From assembly GCA_048128005.1 (NCBI GenBank), contig JBEUKZ010000093.1, positions 310,001-374,000 on the forward strand: a stretch of DNA of 64,000 nucleotides. The letters run 5' to 3'. Positions 34,974-45,965 of this stretch are shown here, in pieces. The stretch is from Veleropilina oligotropha (Eukaryota). The translations under genes were made by a program, and so were the position numbers. The stretch's first letter is position 1. Each line of letters starts with the position of its first letter. A model generated the notes under the pieces. It had not been told where the DNA came from. It searched no databases and worked only from the letters and a program-made list of their open reading frames with translations.

Positions 34974-37900
34974 CAACCGCAAATCCTCGTTTTCGGTTAC
35001 ATTCCAGACACGTTAAGCGCACGTTGTCGCGGGTGTGGCCCCTGCTGTTGTCCACACGGTCGACACTGAACTGCTGTGTGTCTTTGGGCTGGTAGGCCCA
35101 GAGCAGCTCTATGTTGCATGCCGCGCAGCGGTTGTTTTGGGCATCTTTGAGCTGCAGGATGTTATCGACCTTCAGGTTAAATCCCTGGAGATCCTTGGCC
35201 TGGTCCTGGCGCTTGTATGCCACGAGCTTTCTCTGGATAGTCTTTCGGAGCTGCTGCTCGGTTTGGGGTGGCCTGTCCTCAGCACCCTCATCCGGAGGAC
35301 AGGTTACCCGTTCGAGCTGATGCAGATGCTCCACCCGGGACACGGCTAGGTAGGCGAGATTACTCCACTGAAGGTAGTCGTCGATGATCCAGACTTTCTG
35401 TGGGTCGTGAATCGTAAGACCCTGGCTCGAATGGATGGTGAGAGCATAGCCCAGGCGCCAATCCGGGGTCAGGATAGCCCTCTCAGCGGCGTCAATGGTG
35501 ACCTCTACGACGTCGTTGAGAACTAGCTCCTCTCTTTCGTCGGTGCCCGGAATCGTTACCATGATGTTTTGCTTACGGGTGTCCCTGGGGTGGTACAGGA
35601 TAGGAACCGGGGAGTCTGGGAAGTGCTCCTTGTGCCTCTGGAGCAACAGCTGTTGAGCCCGTTCGTGGACCTTCTGACGGCTGGTGAGGATTAGGTCGCC
35701 TGGCCTCCAGGTGTTGACGAACCGATCCCATCCAAGGCAGCTGGGGAGCGTCTTTCGCATCTCGCCGCACTGGACTTTGTCGGGCTGGAGACGTATCCGT
35801 CTTTTCAGGGCTTGGAGGGCAGGGTCGTCTTTCGCCCTGTAGTCTACTTCGATCTCTTCATAGTGGTCCGCGGTCCTTCGCAGCCAGTCGTGCGGCATCT
35901 CGCCCGTAATCGGTGGTGGCTGGCCTTGATCGCCACAGCAGATAACCTGAACTTCGTGCTGGCCCAGCCAGTCCAAGAACATCTCGAGGATTGGCCGGGG
36001 AACTGTGCAGACCTCGTCCCAGATAATGACGTGGGGGATGAACTTCTGACCCATGCGGTCGGGTGTCCAGTCAGTCTGGCCGCTCCATCGGAAGAAACTG
36101 TGGTAGGTCTGGGCTTTGACACCCCTGGTCCGCATCTCTTTAGCGAGGCGGTGGGTTGGCGTGAATATGATGGGATTTCTTGCCCGGAAGAGCTCGATCG
36201 CTCTCGTAGTCTTGCCACAGCCCCCTCCACCGTTGTGGTAACTCAGGCGATGGTGGGTCAGCGTGTCATTGTAGCATGGCGCGGTGCTTGGCTGGCTGGA
36301 ATTGGCAGCACAACAATACTCTGGCTTGGGCAGGTATGCGGCATGTTCCTGTGGCAGGTACAGCTGTTCGCCCTTGTCACGCCACTGGGCCGGTGCTACT
36401 GGCGGAAGGTACGTCTCCCCAATCAGACAGGAGATGCAAGATTTATCGTCACAGTCGCAGAGCAGCGGGGCAACGTACGCCTTGACATCGTCGAGCTTCT
36501 CCAATGAGGCCTTCTTGAGGTAGATGCTGTCAGTGGCCACTCGGACAGCCTCATCAGGGGTGAAATGCTGAAGCATGCTCAAGAGGTTTATGTGGGCATA
36601 GGCCAACATGCTGGCCCTCAGGTGGGCGTACTGAGGCTGGGAGCCATCATAGTACGTGAGGATGTGCCCCATAGGGCACCTTTGCGGTGCGCCAACCAGG
36701 GTGCCGCTTTGGCGGGTGTCTCTTACGAGGAAGTCGAGCTCCCCCTGGTCAGTCACCAGTCTACGAGTCAATCGCTTTCCGTCAGCTTTGGTGCCTTGGG
36801 TGAATTTGCCGATAATGCTGCAGCCCTGGTCACGATTCTCCGGAAGCCAGACATCGAGTTGCTTTTTGAATGCGATGATGGCCTCTCGGATCTTGAGGCT
36901 TTTTAGCAGTCCAGATTCTACGAGGTAGGTGAGCAGAGGCGTCGGGGCCCATCCATTCTCTGCAAAGTGCTTTCCGAACCAGGCGGGAATGACGGGGTGG
37001 ATATCTTGTGCGAACTCCCATTCCACGACCTCAGCAAACCCGGTACCGATTTCTTGGGGAAGAGGACCATTAATTGCGACCCGGGTCATGCTGTGGGTTG
37101 GGTGTCCGAATCTTTCGAAATACGGCTTAGCCTCGCCCTTCCCCTGAAAGCTGGCAGGGTAGCAGGCTTTCATGTCGATGCAGCAGACATCTCTCGTGTC
37201 GTAATTCATGGAATTCCAAAGGCCACCGTGACCATGCTCTACGCAGGCCTTCTGGATGTCATCGAGCAGGCTGGCCGGGGTAGGCTTCCAGCCGTTATTC
37301 TCCTTGGCCATAATGCTCGCTGCATGGTTCATGCCAAAGGCTCGATTGGCAAGAGACTCATTTCCCAGAGCCTTACAGGCTTCCTGAAGAGCGGTGTGAG
37401 TCTCTGTCGTCCTGTACGTGCGGCCGTCTTGCAGCACGAACTGGTCCACGCCGAGCTGTCGGTCTTTACCGCCAAGGAGCCAGACAGCTAATGGCTCATT
37501 ATGTGTGGCTTGTCGGATAGCTTCCCAGACATCGCCCTCATACAGGTGGACCTCGTGGGACTGCGGAAAGTGCAGCTCTTTGGACCATGCGTGGCCGTTG
37601 TGGCAGATGAGTTCTATGGACTTCCACATACTGGCCTGGTATTTTCCGCTGTTGAAGACGTCCTCGCCGGCGATGTCTCTCAAGACAATCGCCCGCTTCA
37701 GTATCTTCTCGAGGATGGATATATCATCCACAGTGGCGCCTGTTACATGGACTCGCTCTTCCCACTCCTGTATTTTCTGCCGCCTTGTCGGGGTGAGTCC
37801 GTTCCCTCTCAGGGCAGCTTCAAAGTGCTCAATCACTCTTTGGGCAATGCAGTTGAGGTCGCCGTTCTTCATTGGGACCAGGTTGGCGGGGTTTGGTTCT

Positions 37901-38829
37901 CTGAAAGGGTAGAGGCCGTAGCCGACTGCAGTGACCGGGTAAGCGTTCTCGTAGTAGACTTTGTCGACCCCAGTGATAGCACCCGGCTTAGTATCATGTG
38001 ATATCTCAAAGACACCCTGGCCCTTCTTCCTCGCAGCTTTCACCGGGTCAAACTTGTCTTCGACCATCCAGTCACCTTCACCCCACTCACGCAAGAATTT
38101 TATTCTAAGGACATACTCGCCTTTTGGAAGGGCTGTGAGGAGCTGTGCCACCCTCGCATCTGTCATACGGGCATCCAGGGCCAGCCGGTCAGCTCTCGCT
38201 TCGATGTTATCTACTTCTACCCTCCATGTGGAGAAGGCCGCCACGGCGCCATCGACCTCAAACTCGTCTTTGGCGTCGCTCAAGAGTTCCACCCATGGCT
38301 CTTTTGCTGGGAGCCTTACTGGGGGAGGGGCCTGGTCATCCAGGTCGATGAATCGTTGCCCCTCGGTTGTGGTAATCAGCCCTAGAAGATCCTTCTGGTA
38401 GTCCTGGGCTGTCCGGGGCGTTCTGGAGATGAGAAGATCGGGCCCCTTCCGAGCAATAGCCCGGGCAAGGGTCTCTTTCCGAGACCGCTTGACGATTCGA
38501 TCCGTGATGGCGCGAAGTGGCTTCTGCCGAATCCCGGGCGTTTTCTCAGCTCGGATTTCATATTTACGAGCCTTGAGGGCGACGTCGACCTCGTCCTTAA
38601 TCTGCCGCAATTCGCGAGCACGACGGCCTCTTTTGTGGGGGTTCTCCACATCGCCACGAACTGAGGGGAACCTTCCCGTTTTCATCGCCCGCTCGAGTCT
38701 CCTCCGAAACTCCGCAGCACGGACCCCGGCTATTGCCCTGATGAGGTCGTTCTTCTTGAGCTTCGACCGAGCGGGAAGCCCGTAATCATTTGCTAAATTC
38801 CGCAGTTCTCTGAGGGAGACACGTTCCAT
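34963..38829 (-). CDS. Multidomain replication protein: HeH - OTU-like protease - PolB-like core - SF1 helicase - HNH nuclease
   Basis: LRELRNLA..GL..RSKLKKNDLI; NGDLNC...HNGHAW; IDMKACYP, SIIGKF, ATDSIY; GGGGCGKT, FTPTH, IWDE, GDQGQPPP, TIHSSQGLT, YLAVSR; CAAC..SVDRVDNSRGH..DNV..TCLECN. Confidence 0.85.
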   Translation of the reverse strand: MERVSLRELRNLANDYGLPARSKLKKNDLIRAIAGVRAAEFRRRLERAMKTGRFPSVRGDVENPHKRGRRARELRQIKDEVDVALKARKYEIRAEKTPGIRQKPLRAITDRIVKRSRKETLARAIARKGPDLLISRTPRTAQDYQKDLLGLITTTEGQRFIDLDDQAPPPVRLPAKEPWVELLSDAKDEFEVDGAVAAFSTWRVEVDNIEARADRLALDARMTDARVAQLLTALPKGEYVLRIKFLREWGEGDWMVEDKFDPVKAARKKGQGVFEISHDTKPGAITGVDKVYYENAYPVTAVGYGLYPFREPNPANLVPMKNGDLNCIAQRVIEHFEAALRGNGLTPTRRQKIQEWEERVHVTGATVDDISILEKILKRAIVLRDIAGEDVFNSGKYQASMWKSIELICHNGHAWSKELHFPQSHEVHLYEGDVWEAIRQATHNEPLAVWLLGGKDRQLGVDQFVLQDGRTYRTTETHTALQEACKALGNESLANRAFGMNHAASIMAKENNGWKPTPASLLDDIQKACVEHGHGGLWNSMNYDTRDVCCIDMKACYPASFQGKGEAKPYFERFGHPTHSMTRVAINGPLPQEIGTGFAEVVEWEFAQDIHPVIPAWFGKHFAENGWAPTPLLTYLVESGLLKSLKIREAIIAFKKQLDVWLPENRDQGCSIIGKFTQGTKADGKRLTRRLVTDQGELDFLVRDTRQSGTLVGAPQRCPMGHILTYYDGSQPQYAHLRASMLAYAHINLLSMLQHFTPDEAVRVATDSIYLKKASLEKLDDVKAYVAPLLCDCDDKSCISCLIGETYLPPVAPAQWRDKGEQLYLPQEHAAYLPKPEYCCAANSSQPSTAPCYNDTLTHHRLSYHNGGGGCGKTTRAIELFRARNPIIFTPTHRLAKEMRTRGVKAQTYHSFFRWSGQTDWTPDRMGQKFIPHVIIWDEVCTVPRPILEMFLDWLGQHEVQVICCGDQGQPPPITGEMPHDWLRRTADHYEEIEVDYRAKDDPALQALKRRIRLQPDKVQCGEMRKTLPSCLGWDRFVNTWRPGDLILTSRQKVHERAQQLLLQRHKEHFPDSPVPILYHPRDTRKQNIMVTIPGTDEREELVLNDVVEVTIDAAERAILTPDWRLGYALTIHSSQGLTIHDPQKVWIIDDYLQWSNLAYLAVSRVEHLHQLERVTCPPDEGAEDRPPQTEQQLRKTIQRKLVAYKRQDQAKDLQGFNLKVDNILQLKDAQNNRCAACNIELLWAYQPKDTQQFSVDRVDNSRGHTRDNVRLTCLECNRKRGFAVVNA

Positions 38830-38856
38830 TGCGATATGACCCTACAACACAAAGCT

Positions 38857-39213
38857 CTAATTGAAATTTTTTATGTCGCGCGACCGCAACTCGCGCAATA
38901 CTTCGCCGTAGAGACGGCGAGCTCGGTTTTTAGTGTTTATGAGAGCCTGGGCGGCACGACGACCTCCACATGGTCTACACACCAGAACGGCCGATTTCGT
39001 GCCCCCACCACATCTCTTACATGGCGGGGGTGATGTTCTACCCATCCGAATTTGCCATCGATGGGCATTGCAAAATTCGTTGACGCAGCTACGACCACAA
39101 ACTCCAGCGGCATTAACTGTCAACCAAGGGCATACATTCTTTCCCCACATGGCGTACAGGGTATATCCTCGCATATACCAGTCTCTAATATAGAGTATGA
39201 CACTAACACACAA
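38857..39213 (-). CDS. Small Cys/His zinc-finger protein (start uncertain)
   Basis: CPW..GVCGRSC..FCNAH and CKRC..CRPC; immediately upstream of, and co-oriented with, the replication gene. Confidence 0.6.
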   Translation of the reverse strand: MCVSVILYIRDWYMRGYTLYAMWGKNVCPWLTVNAAGVCGRSCVNEFCNAHRWQIRMGRTSPPPCKRCGGGTKSAVLVCRPCGGRRAAQALINTKNRARRLYGEVLRELRSRDIKNFN

Positions 39214-39275
39214 GAGCCCGGGCCGGCGAGGGTAGTGGGCCGTCCCTGGGGCTCTTACTACATGCTACTATATCG

Positions 39276-39469
39276 GTCTGTACACACGGTAACTTTTGTA
39301 ATACAAGCTATACCCTGGGGTCTGAAATAGGGCTGGGAGCCCCCACCCCCGGGCCCCCGGACCCCACCCTAACTCCCTAGTCCCCCTCAGTACAACCAGC
39401 TCAGTTCTGAAATAGTGCTGGGAGCCTTATTTTTCCATTCTAAAAGGTATGGTCACCCCCCCTGCTGCT
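39276..39469 (-). repeat. Right terminal inverted repeat
   Basis: Reverse complement of 23701-23900; followed by AAATC. Confidence 0.95.
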
Positions 39470-39764
39470 AAATCTGTAAAATATTAAAATATCGTTATTT
39501 TAAAAAGATGATGAAAAACAGAGTAACATTTCAAACTTTTGAAAAGTTAAATATTTGGATATTTGAATGTAAAAATCTAAATAACGGATATGCCGTTTTT
39601 GAATATTTGATATTTTGAACTAAAAAATCTAAAATATCAAAGTATCGTTTTTTGGAAATGTTGAATTATTAAGTGTTACACGCGCCATATATGTACCGAT
39701 ATAGGCCTACATAGTCCTTTAATAATAGAATCAAGCAGCACATTGAGTTCCAGATAGAGAAATA

Positions 39765-39908
39765 GCCAGTCGCGGACAACTGTGATTCATAACTTGAACA
39801 AATGTCAATGCCTCAGCCAGATATTGAACCCACCACTGTTCGCATTAGCGTAATCAAGCCAGTGAATTTAGAGTGGACACTCTTACCCACTGCGCTGCCG
39901 AAGCAGCC
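39765..39908 (-). mobile_element. SINE 5' half (family of 424-687)
   Basis: ggacaactgtgattcataacttgaacaaatgt...aagccagtgaatttagagtggacactc..cccactgcgct. Confidence 0.75.
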
Positions 39909-39982
39909 TCATTCGGATGATACCCACATTGTGATGTACGGGCAACGCAGCTTTAGTATTTTCCAAAATTCAGGGGCTGTAC

Positions 39983-40152
39983 TAATAGAATCAAGCACCA
40001 CATTGAGTTCCAGATAGAGAAATATCAGTCGAGGGTGGGATGGTGCAACAAATCACAACCGAGGCGTTAGCCGAGGTTGGGATGTTGCACCATCACACCC
40101 GAGACTGATATTTCTCTATCTGGAACTCAAATGTGGGGCTTGATTAAAGTTA
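39983..40152. mobile_element. Palindromic MITE-like element
   Basis: aatcaagc.ccacattgagttccagatagagaaatatcagtc pairs with gactgatatttctctatctggaactcaaatgtggggcttgatt; a partial copy lies at 39724-39763. Confidence 0.7.
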
Positions 40153-42149
40153 TTTTACCTTGCGTATTCAAATACTAGTAACCCAATCACTCACCAGTAG
40201 TTCTTCCGACGCAATCAAATATAATCACGTACTTATGGAATAAATTCTTTAGTATTATTAAATAATAATAATTGTAAAATATTTAAATTCATAACATAGG
40301 GTAATAAAAAGCTCGAACTATCGCATTGACACTATATGCATGAGGTGATGTTACTTTTTAAGGCTATTTCGATATTTGTTTACCTTGCATACCAGTACGA
40401 GTATTACAAAATCCTAACCCTGATCACCAGCTGTTCTTCTGACGCAATCAAATATAGTTCCGTACTTATGGAATAAATATTTACTCGATTTTATTAGTAA
40501 CTTTAAAATATTAATAATTGAAAAAGTCGACAAAACGCTAAATATTTAAAATCATAACGTAGATTAAAAACGCTAGAACTAATGAACTGACAAGAAATGA
40601 CGTCACTTTGCAGAGGCAATGTTGTCCGTTTATAATTTAGTTGCTGTCGATCTGTGCGTCTGTCTGTGAATTATTTTCCAGCAATTCTGATAGAAGTGTT
40701 TGTGAAGCGTCGATCGATCTGTAATTATGATCGTATTTGCTGCCATACGCTTCATGGTGCATTTAAATTTGTTTACATCAAGCGGACAATTTGCAAACTA
40801 AGGACGTGTTTTGCCGGGATTTTCACGGAATTGTGTCAGCTATGTAGAATGAATTTTCAGCGTTGGAGTAGCTAGTCTGCAGGTCTAAAGCCATGGTAAG
40901 TTTTGTAGATAGTTATGGGACATCGGTTTTGTGTTTCGGGTGTAGCGTACATGCGTGGTTTAATGCGATATAGATATTATAGAGAGATGTTAGCCTCAGT
41001 ACGTGTGGTTTTATGTTTCGATCGGCCATTTTTGTTTCCAAACATTGCAGACGACGTGCGTAGGAATACAAAGTGTGCTAGACAACATTTGCGTATGTAT
41101 ACAAAGTGTTCGAGATAGAATTTTCCAGCACCGTTAAAAAATAGGATCAGTCTATCTCAGGTGCGAGAAAATCAAATCCTGGACTCAAAGATCGCGTAAG
41201 ATGCATAAGCCTAAGATTTTGTTAACAAACATATTGAAACTGTACAATGGATTAAAAATCATTGAATCAACCTACTGAAACCGAGTATCGACAGAACAGA
41301 TTGATACTCAGAATTATCTTGATGAATAGATTTAATAATTCAAGCAAAGATGGTATAACTATATAAATAAGAGTTTAAAAACAAATGCGCACCACTGCTA
41401 GCATAAACAATTAGTTCAGAAAACCGTTTTCGAATGACCGAGCGGCAGGTCAGAAACATAGCCAGATTTATTTATCGCATTGATAAGGGATTCTGAGATA
41501 TCTAAATCATGTGTTGCTAATATGTATATGTTCATATGAGATAAATGTACGTATTCATTATTATTGACTTTGATTGATTTACCTGAATACAATATTGGCA
41601 TCAAACAATATTGGCATCAGGACATTTGTTGTAATTTAATTTGCTGTTGCAGTTCAGTGGCAGGTATTTTATTTTCTGTCGGAACATCCTACATCTGCTG
41701 TGCATCAGCCGTCAGACTCGCTGTGTACCGGCATCACACACGGTCGATGCTACTGCATGATGGTGGATCGATGTCCCCAGCATGAACGCTTGGTAAATTA
41801 TGTATCAATTTAAACTTGGACCCATGCCTTTCCTGTAGAGACATCCGGCATTCACATAATGTTCTCAGTATGCATCTATCCCATTTTGCACGTGGGGTGC
41901 ACTGGTTGTCGAGACATGTGTGTCTGATATATTGGTTCATTTGACAGTCACAGTTTTCCATAACTGGGCCATGAGGGCTGGATTTCTTCCTGTGATTATA
42001 CAGATATGTCCATGTATGAGCCTGAAGATTGTTAACACATACATCACGCGCCGATCCCAAACCATTCGTCAGTTTGTAGGTGCGCCTTGCGCTGTAGCAG
42101 CATGTAATCAGGCTTTATGTGTTAAATTGTCTTAACGTCGTATCTCAGT

Positions 42150-43312
42150 TAAGAGAAAGTGATCATTTCATCACCGTTGATATGCATGGCGGCTTGGTTT
42201 GGGCCAGTGAACATTTCAGCATCATTGATATTCTTGGGCTGGTTTGGACTATTGATCACTCCAGCATCATTGAAATGATTGGTTTTACCCAAGGATCACT
42301 CCAGCTCCAATGATATGTTTGGGCTGGTATGGACCGGTGATCACTCCAGCACCATTGGTAGGTATGAGCTGTTATGGACAATAAACACTGCAGCATCATT
42401 GAAATGATTGGTATGGACCAGTGATCACTCCAGCAGCATCGATATGCTTGTAGGCTGGTATGGACCAGTGAGCACTCCAGCACCATTGGTACGTATGAGG
42501 TTGTATGGACAATAATCACTTCAGCATCGTTGGTATGCGTGGGCTGGTATGGACCAGTGATCACTCAGCATTATTGATTTGCTTGGGCTGGTACGAACCA
42601 GTGATCACTCCAGCACCATTGATATTCTTGGGCTGGTATTGACCAGTGATCACTGCAGCATCATTGATATGCTTGGGCTGGACCAGTATAACTCCAGCAC
42701 CATTGATATGCTTGGGCTGGACCAGTATAACTCCAGCACCATTGATATGCTTGGACTGTTATGGACCAGTGATCACTCCAGCACCATTGGTATGCTTGGG
42801 CTGGTATGGACCAGTGATCACTCCAGCAACATTTATATGCTTGGGCTGGTATGGATCAGTGATCACTCCAGCACCATTGGTATGCATTATATTCTGGTAT
42901 GGACCAGTGATCACTCCAGCATCATGGATATGCATTGTAGACTGGTATGGTCACCAGTGATCACTCCAGCAACATTTATATGCTTGGGCTGGTATGGATC
43001 AGTGATCACTCCAGCACCATTGATATACATTGTATCTTGGTATGGACCAGTGATCACTCCAGCACCATTGATATGCATTGTAGGCTGGTATGGACCAGTG
43101 ATCACTCCAGCAACATTTATATGCTTGGGGTGGTATGGATCAGTGATCACTCCAGCACCATTGATATACATTGTATCTTGGTATGGAACAGTGATCACTC
43201 CAGCACCATTGATATGCGTTGTAGGCTGGTATGGACCAGTGATCACTCCAGCATCATTGATATGCATTGTAGTCTGGTATGGACCAATTATCACTCCAGC
43301 ATCATTGATATA
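42150..43312. repeat. Minisatellite of 45/48-bp units
   Basis: Repeated tggtatggaccagtgatcactccagcaccattgatatgc variants. Confidence 0.92.
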
Positions 43313-43935
43313 CATGGGGTAGCGCGGGCTTGGACCAATGAGATATTGCTGCTATAGTTTCGGTTCCAAAACTATAAATGCTTTGTGAACGGGAATTTAC
43401 CTCCAGTATTTGGTAACAGCACGCACACCAGGCCACTATGCACTTCGGATTAATCCAAATTGGGCAGTGGCACGAACCATCTGTGGACATCAATCAATCA
43501 TCACAAGAACTGTCAAAATAGACAGCGTGAAGGGCAAATTCATCCTCGACGCCTGACGATCCGTCGACTTAATGATGCCGTCACATCGTGTTACACATCT
43601 GACTTGAGTCAGAAGACATCGATCTAGGCTTATAAAAGTTTAATCAGAAGAACTGGGTTGAAATTCTGTTCATGGATGAGTTGCGACTTCACTTGGATGA
43701 CAGAAATGGAAATTACAGTCTATCGTCGCATTGTATGGCGATTTACTGTTGGCTGTGTTGTACCTGTGAAGCAGGATCCATTTGATGGATACAGTATATT
43801 GATCACATCAAATGGAAGGGCGTATTTTGTAAATATAATTGGGACATTATTCATTGTACAATAAGGAAATCTCACACATGCCATTCAATTTGTTCACCGA
43901 CAACAGATGATGAGCGAACTTCCGGCGCAACTTAA

Positions 43936-44480
43936 CTCTTTCACTGCCAAAGACGGATATATCCGTCATTTGCTATTTTCCTCAGCCTGCCAAAGACGGT
44001 CTTTCAAGGTTACGGTTTAGGGGTTGATTAGGGTTAGTGTTATGGTTAGAGTCGGGGATAAGTATTGTGGATAGGTGTTAGGGCCAGGGCTATGGATACA
44101 AATTAGGGTTAGGGATGGGGTTGGGGATAGGGTGTTAGTGTTACGGTTATGGTATGGTTTTGGCTATAATTGTGGTTATGGTTATAATTAGGGTTATGGC
44201 TAGGGTGATGGTTAGGATGATGGTTAGGGTTATGGTTAGGGTTATGTTTAGGGTTTTGGTTAGGGTGATGGTTAGGGTTATGTTTATGGTTAGGGATAGG
44301 TATGCAACAAGTACTATTGAGCAAATTTGTTGACTATGATTACGGAAGAGTAGTTTGAAATAAAAAGAAAACAGTTATGGCAAGTATTTATAGTTTATTA
44401 ATTCAAACAAATAAGTCTAAAATACCTCAAAAGCTGAGCACAACAGCAGACATTTACAAATATGCTTGGCAGTGAAAGAG
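43936..44480. mobile_element. piggyBac-like non-autonomous element carrying degenerate (TTAGGG)n
   Basis: 15-bp TIR CTCTTTCACTGCCAA / TTGGCAGTGAAAGAG; TTAA on both sides; telomere-like array ~44005-44297. Confidence 0.8.
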
Positions 44481-44679
44481 TTAATGTCGATGTGCTACCG
44501 GGCAATGCTCTCTGCCCCGATAGAGCCAGTATGGAATCAACTGCAGCGCCACCTACGTGGTTTGCTAAATCAGCATAATAATCGATACCCGGTACCTAAT
44601 AATAAATATAGACCGGCCAAGATCAAAATCCATCATTATACGCAAAACGTATTTGGATTTGGCTCGATCCTGTTGTAAA

Positions 44680-44955
44680 CAATCTTCAGGTTCAAACCAG
44701 GACATGTCCATATATATTATCGCGGGAGGAATGCCGCTCTACCAGAAAAACCAACCCTCGTCGAACGATTAAGGACACCTGTGAATGGTAACTGAACAAA
44801 GAATGCTATTGCCCCAACTGTGGTTCGATAGCACTTCTGGTAGACGGAGCAATTACCGAGTTACCGAGTCTGACCAGTTACTTGAACCAATGTGTGATGT
44901 TCCTGCCGAGGTATGAACCCCTACCGTTCGCGTCAGCGGAATCAAGCCAGTGACC
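44680..44955 (-). mobile_element. Degenerate SINE copies (family of 424-687)
   Basis: ggttcaaaccaggacatgtcc..atcgcgggagga and gttcgcgtcagcggaatcaagccagtg motifs. Confidence 0.6.
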
Positions 44956-45534
44956 ACAACCGAAACCACACAGCTGTGGAAGCAGTTTGGGTGGATTAAC
45001 GTCCTGTTTTAAAAAACCCATGAAGTCCAACCAATAAATGTCAAAAACCCATGTCCAACCAACCAAGTCCAACCAATACATGTCAATATTATCACGAAAT
45101 CTCAGGGTCCTGGGAAAATCCACCCTCTCTGGTCCATTATGAACATCTGTGACTGGCAAAAGGAATGGTGAACCAACTGAGAATAAAACTGTTACTGTTA
45201 CTATAAGTAGATAGAGAAATCAATGATGTAATTTTCACGTCTGCACTTGACAGCACACGGCTAGTGTTACTGTTTTACATGTACTTTTCAGGTTTGTTTA
45301 CAGATTCAGAAACAGCATTTTTTCATTTGCAAGTTGCATGCAATTTTAAACCAATTATTCTTTTATACAAAACATTATCAACATCAAACATTTAATTTTG
45401 AAACAATTAAAATTCCATACAACACAACGTCAGTGTTTGTTAGTACATAGCCAGATAGTGATAGGTGTGAGATAGTGATAGGTGTGGGATATCGCATATC
45501 TGCCACATAAAGCATATCACTACTGCTTGTCTCT

Positions 45535-45852
45535 ACTATGAGTTGTTGCATGTTGCTGGAGACTATGGTATGAGTTGTTGCATGTTGCTGGAGACTATGG
45601 TATGAGTTGTTGCATGTTGCTGGAGACTATGGTATGAGTTGTTGCATGTTGCTGGAGACTATGGTACGAGTTGTTGCATGTTGCTGGAGACTATGGTATG
45701 AGTTGTTGCATGTTACTGGAGACTATGGTATGAGTTGTTGCATGTTGCTGGAGACTATGGTATGAGTTGTTGCATGTTACTGGAGACTATGGTATGAGTT
45801 GTTGCATGTTGCTGGAGACTATGGTATGAGTTGTTGAATGTTGCTGGAGACA
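45535..45852. repeat. 32-bp minisatellite, ~10 copies
   Basis: agttgttgcatgttgctggagactatggtatg repeated. Confidence 0.93.
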
Positions 45853-45965
45853 TCGATAACTTGAATATGACTTGTAGCATTCCGCTCATGGGTGAGATTT
45901 CTGGTGTTCAGTATGGTTAATTGCATGTTGCTGAAGCTGTAGAGGCCTTGAAAACGACTTGCAAA

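Larger units (their letters stand above)
23701..39469. mobile_element. Endogenous Polinton/Maverick-like DNA virus, 15,769 bp
   Basis: ~200-bp TIRs with AGCAGCAG...CTGCTGCT termini, AAATC TSD, and dense intronless genes for integrase, MCP, minor capsid, packaging ATPase and a PolB-like protein. Confidence 0.93.

Noticed and set aside
35035..38785. Plus-strand ORFs opposite the replicase
   Set aside because: Antisense shadows of a GC-rich coding strand, without motifs.
23701..39469. Bacterial prophage or contaminant contig
   Set aside because: Has TIRs plus a TSD in host repeat DNA and a eukaryotic Polinton-type gene set (rve integrase, A32 ATPase, penton).
42579..43357. Repeat-protein gene
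   Set aside because: ORFs occur in several frames and on both strands of a minisatellite, with no splice or start evidence.
44005..44297. True telomere or chromosome-fusion scar
   Set aside because: Short, degenerate, single orientation, and enclosed by TIRs with TTAA.
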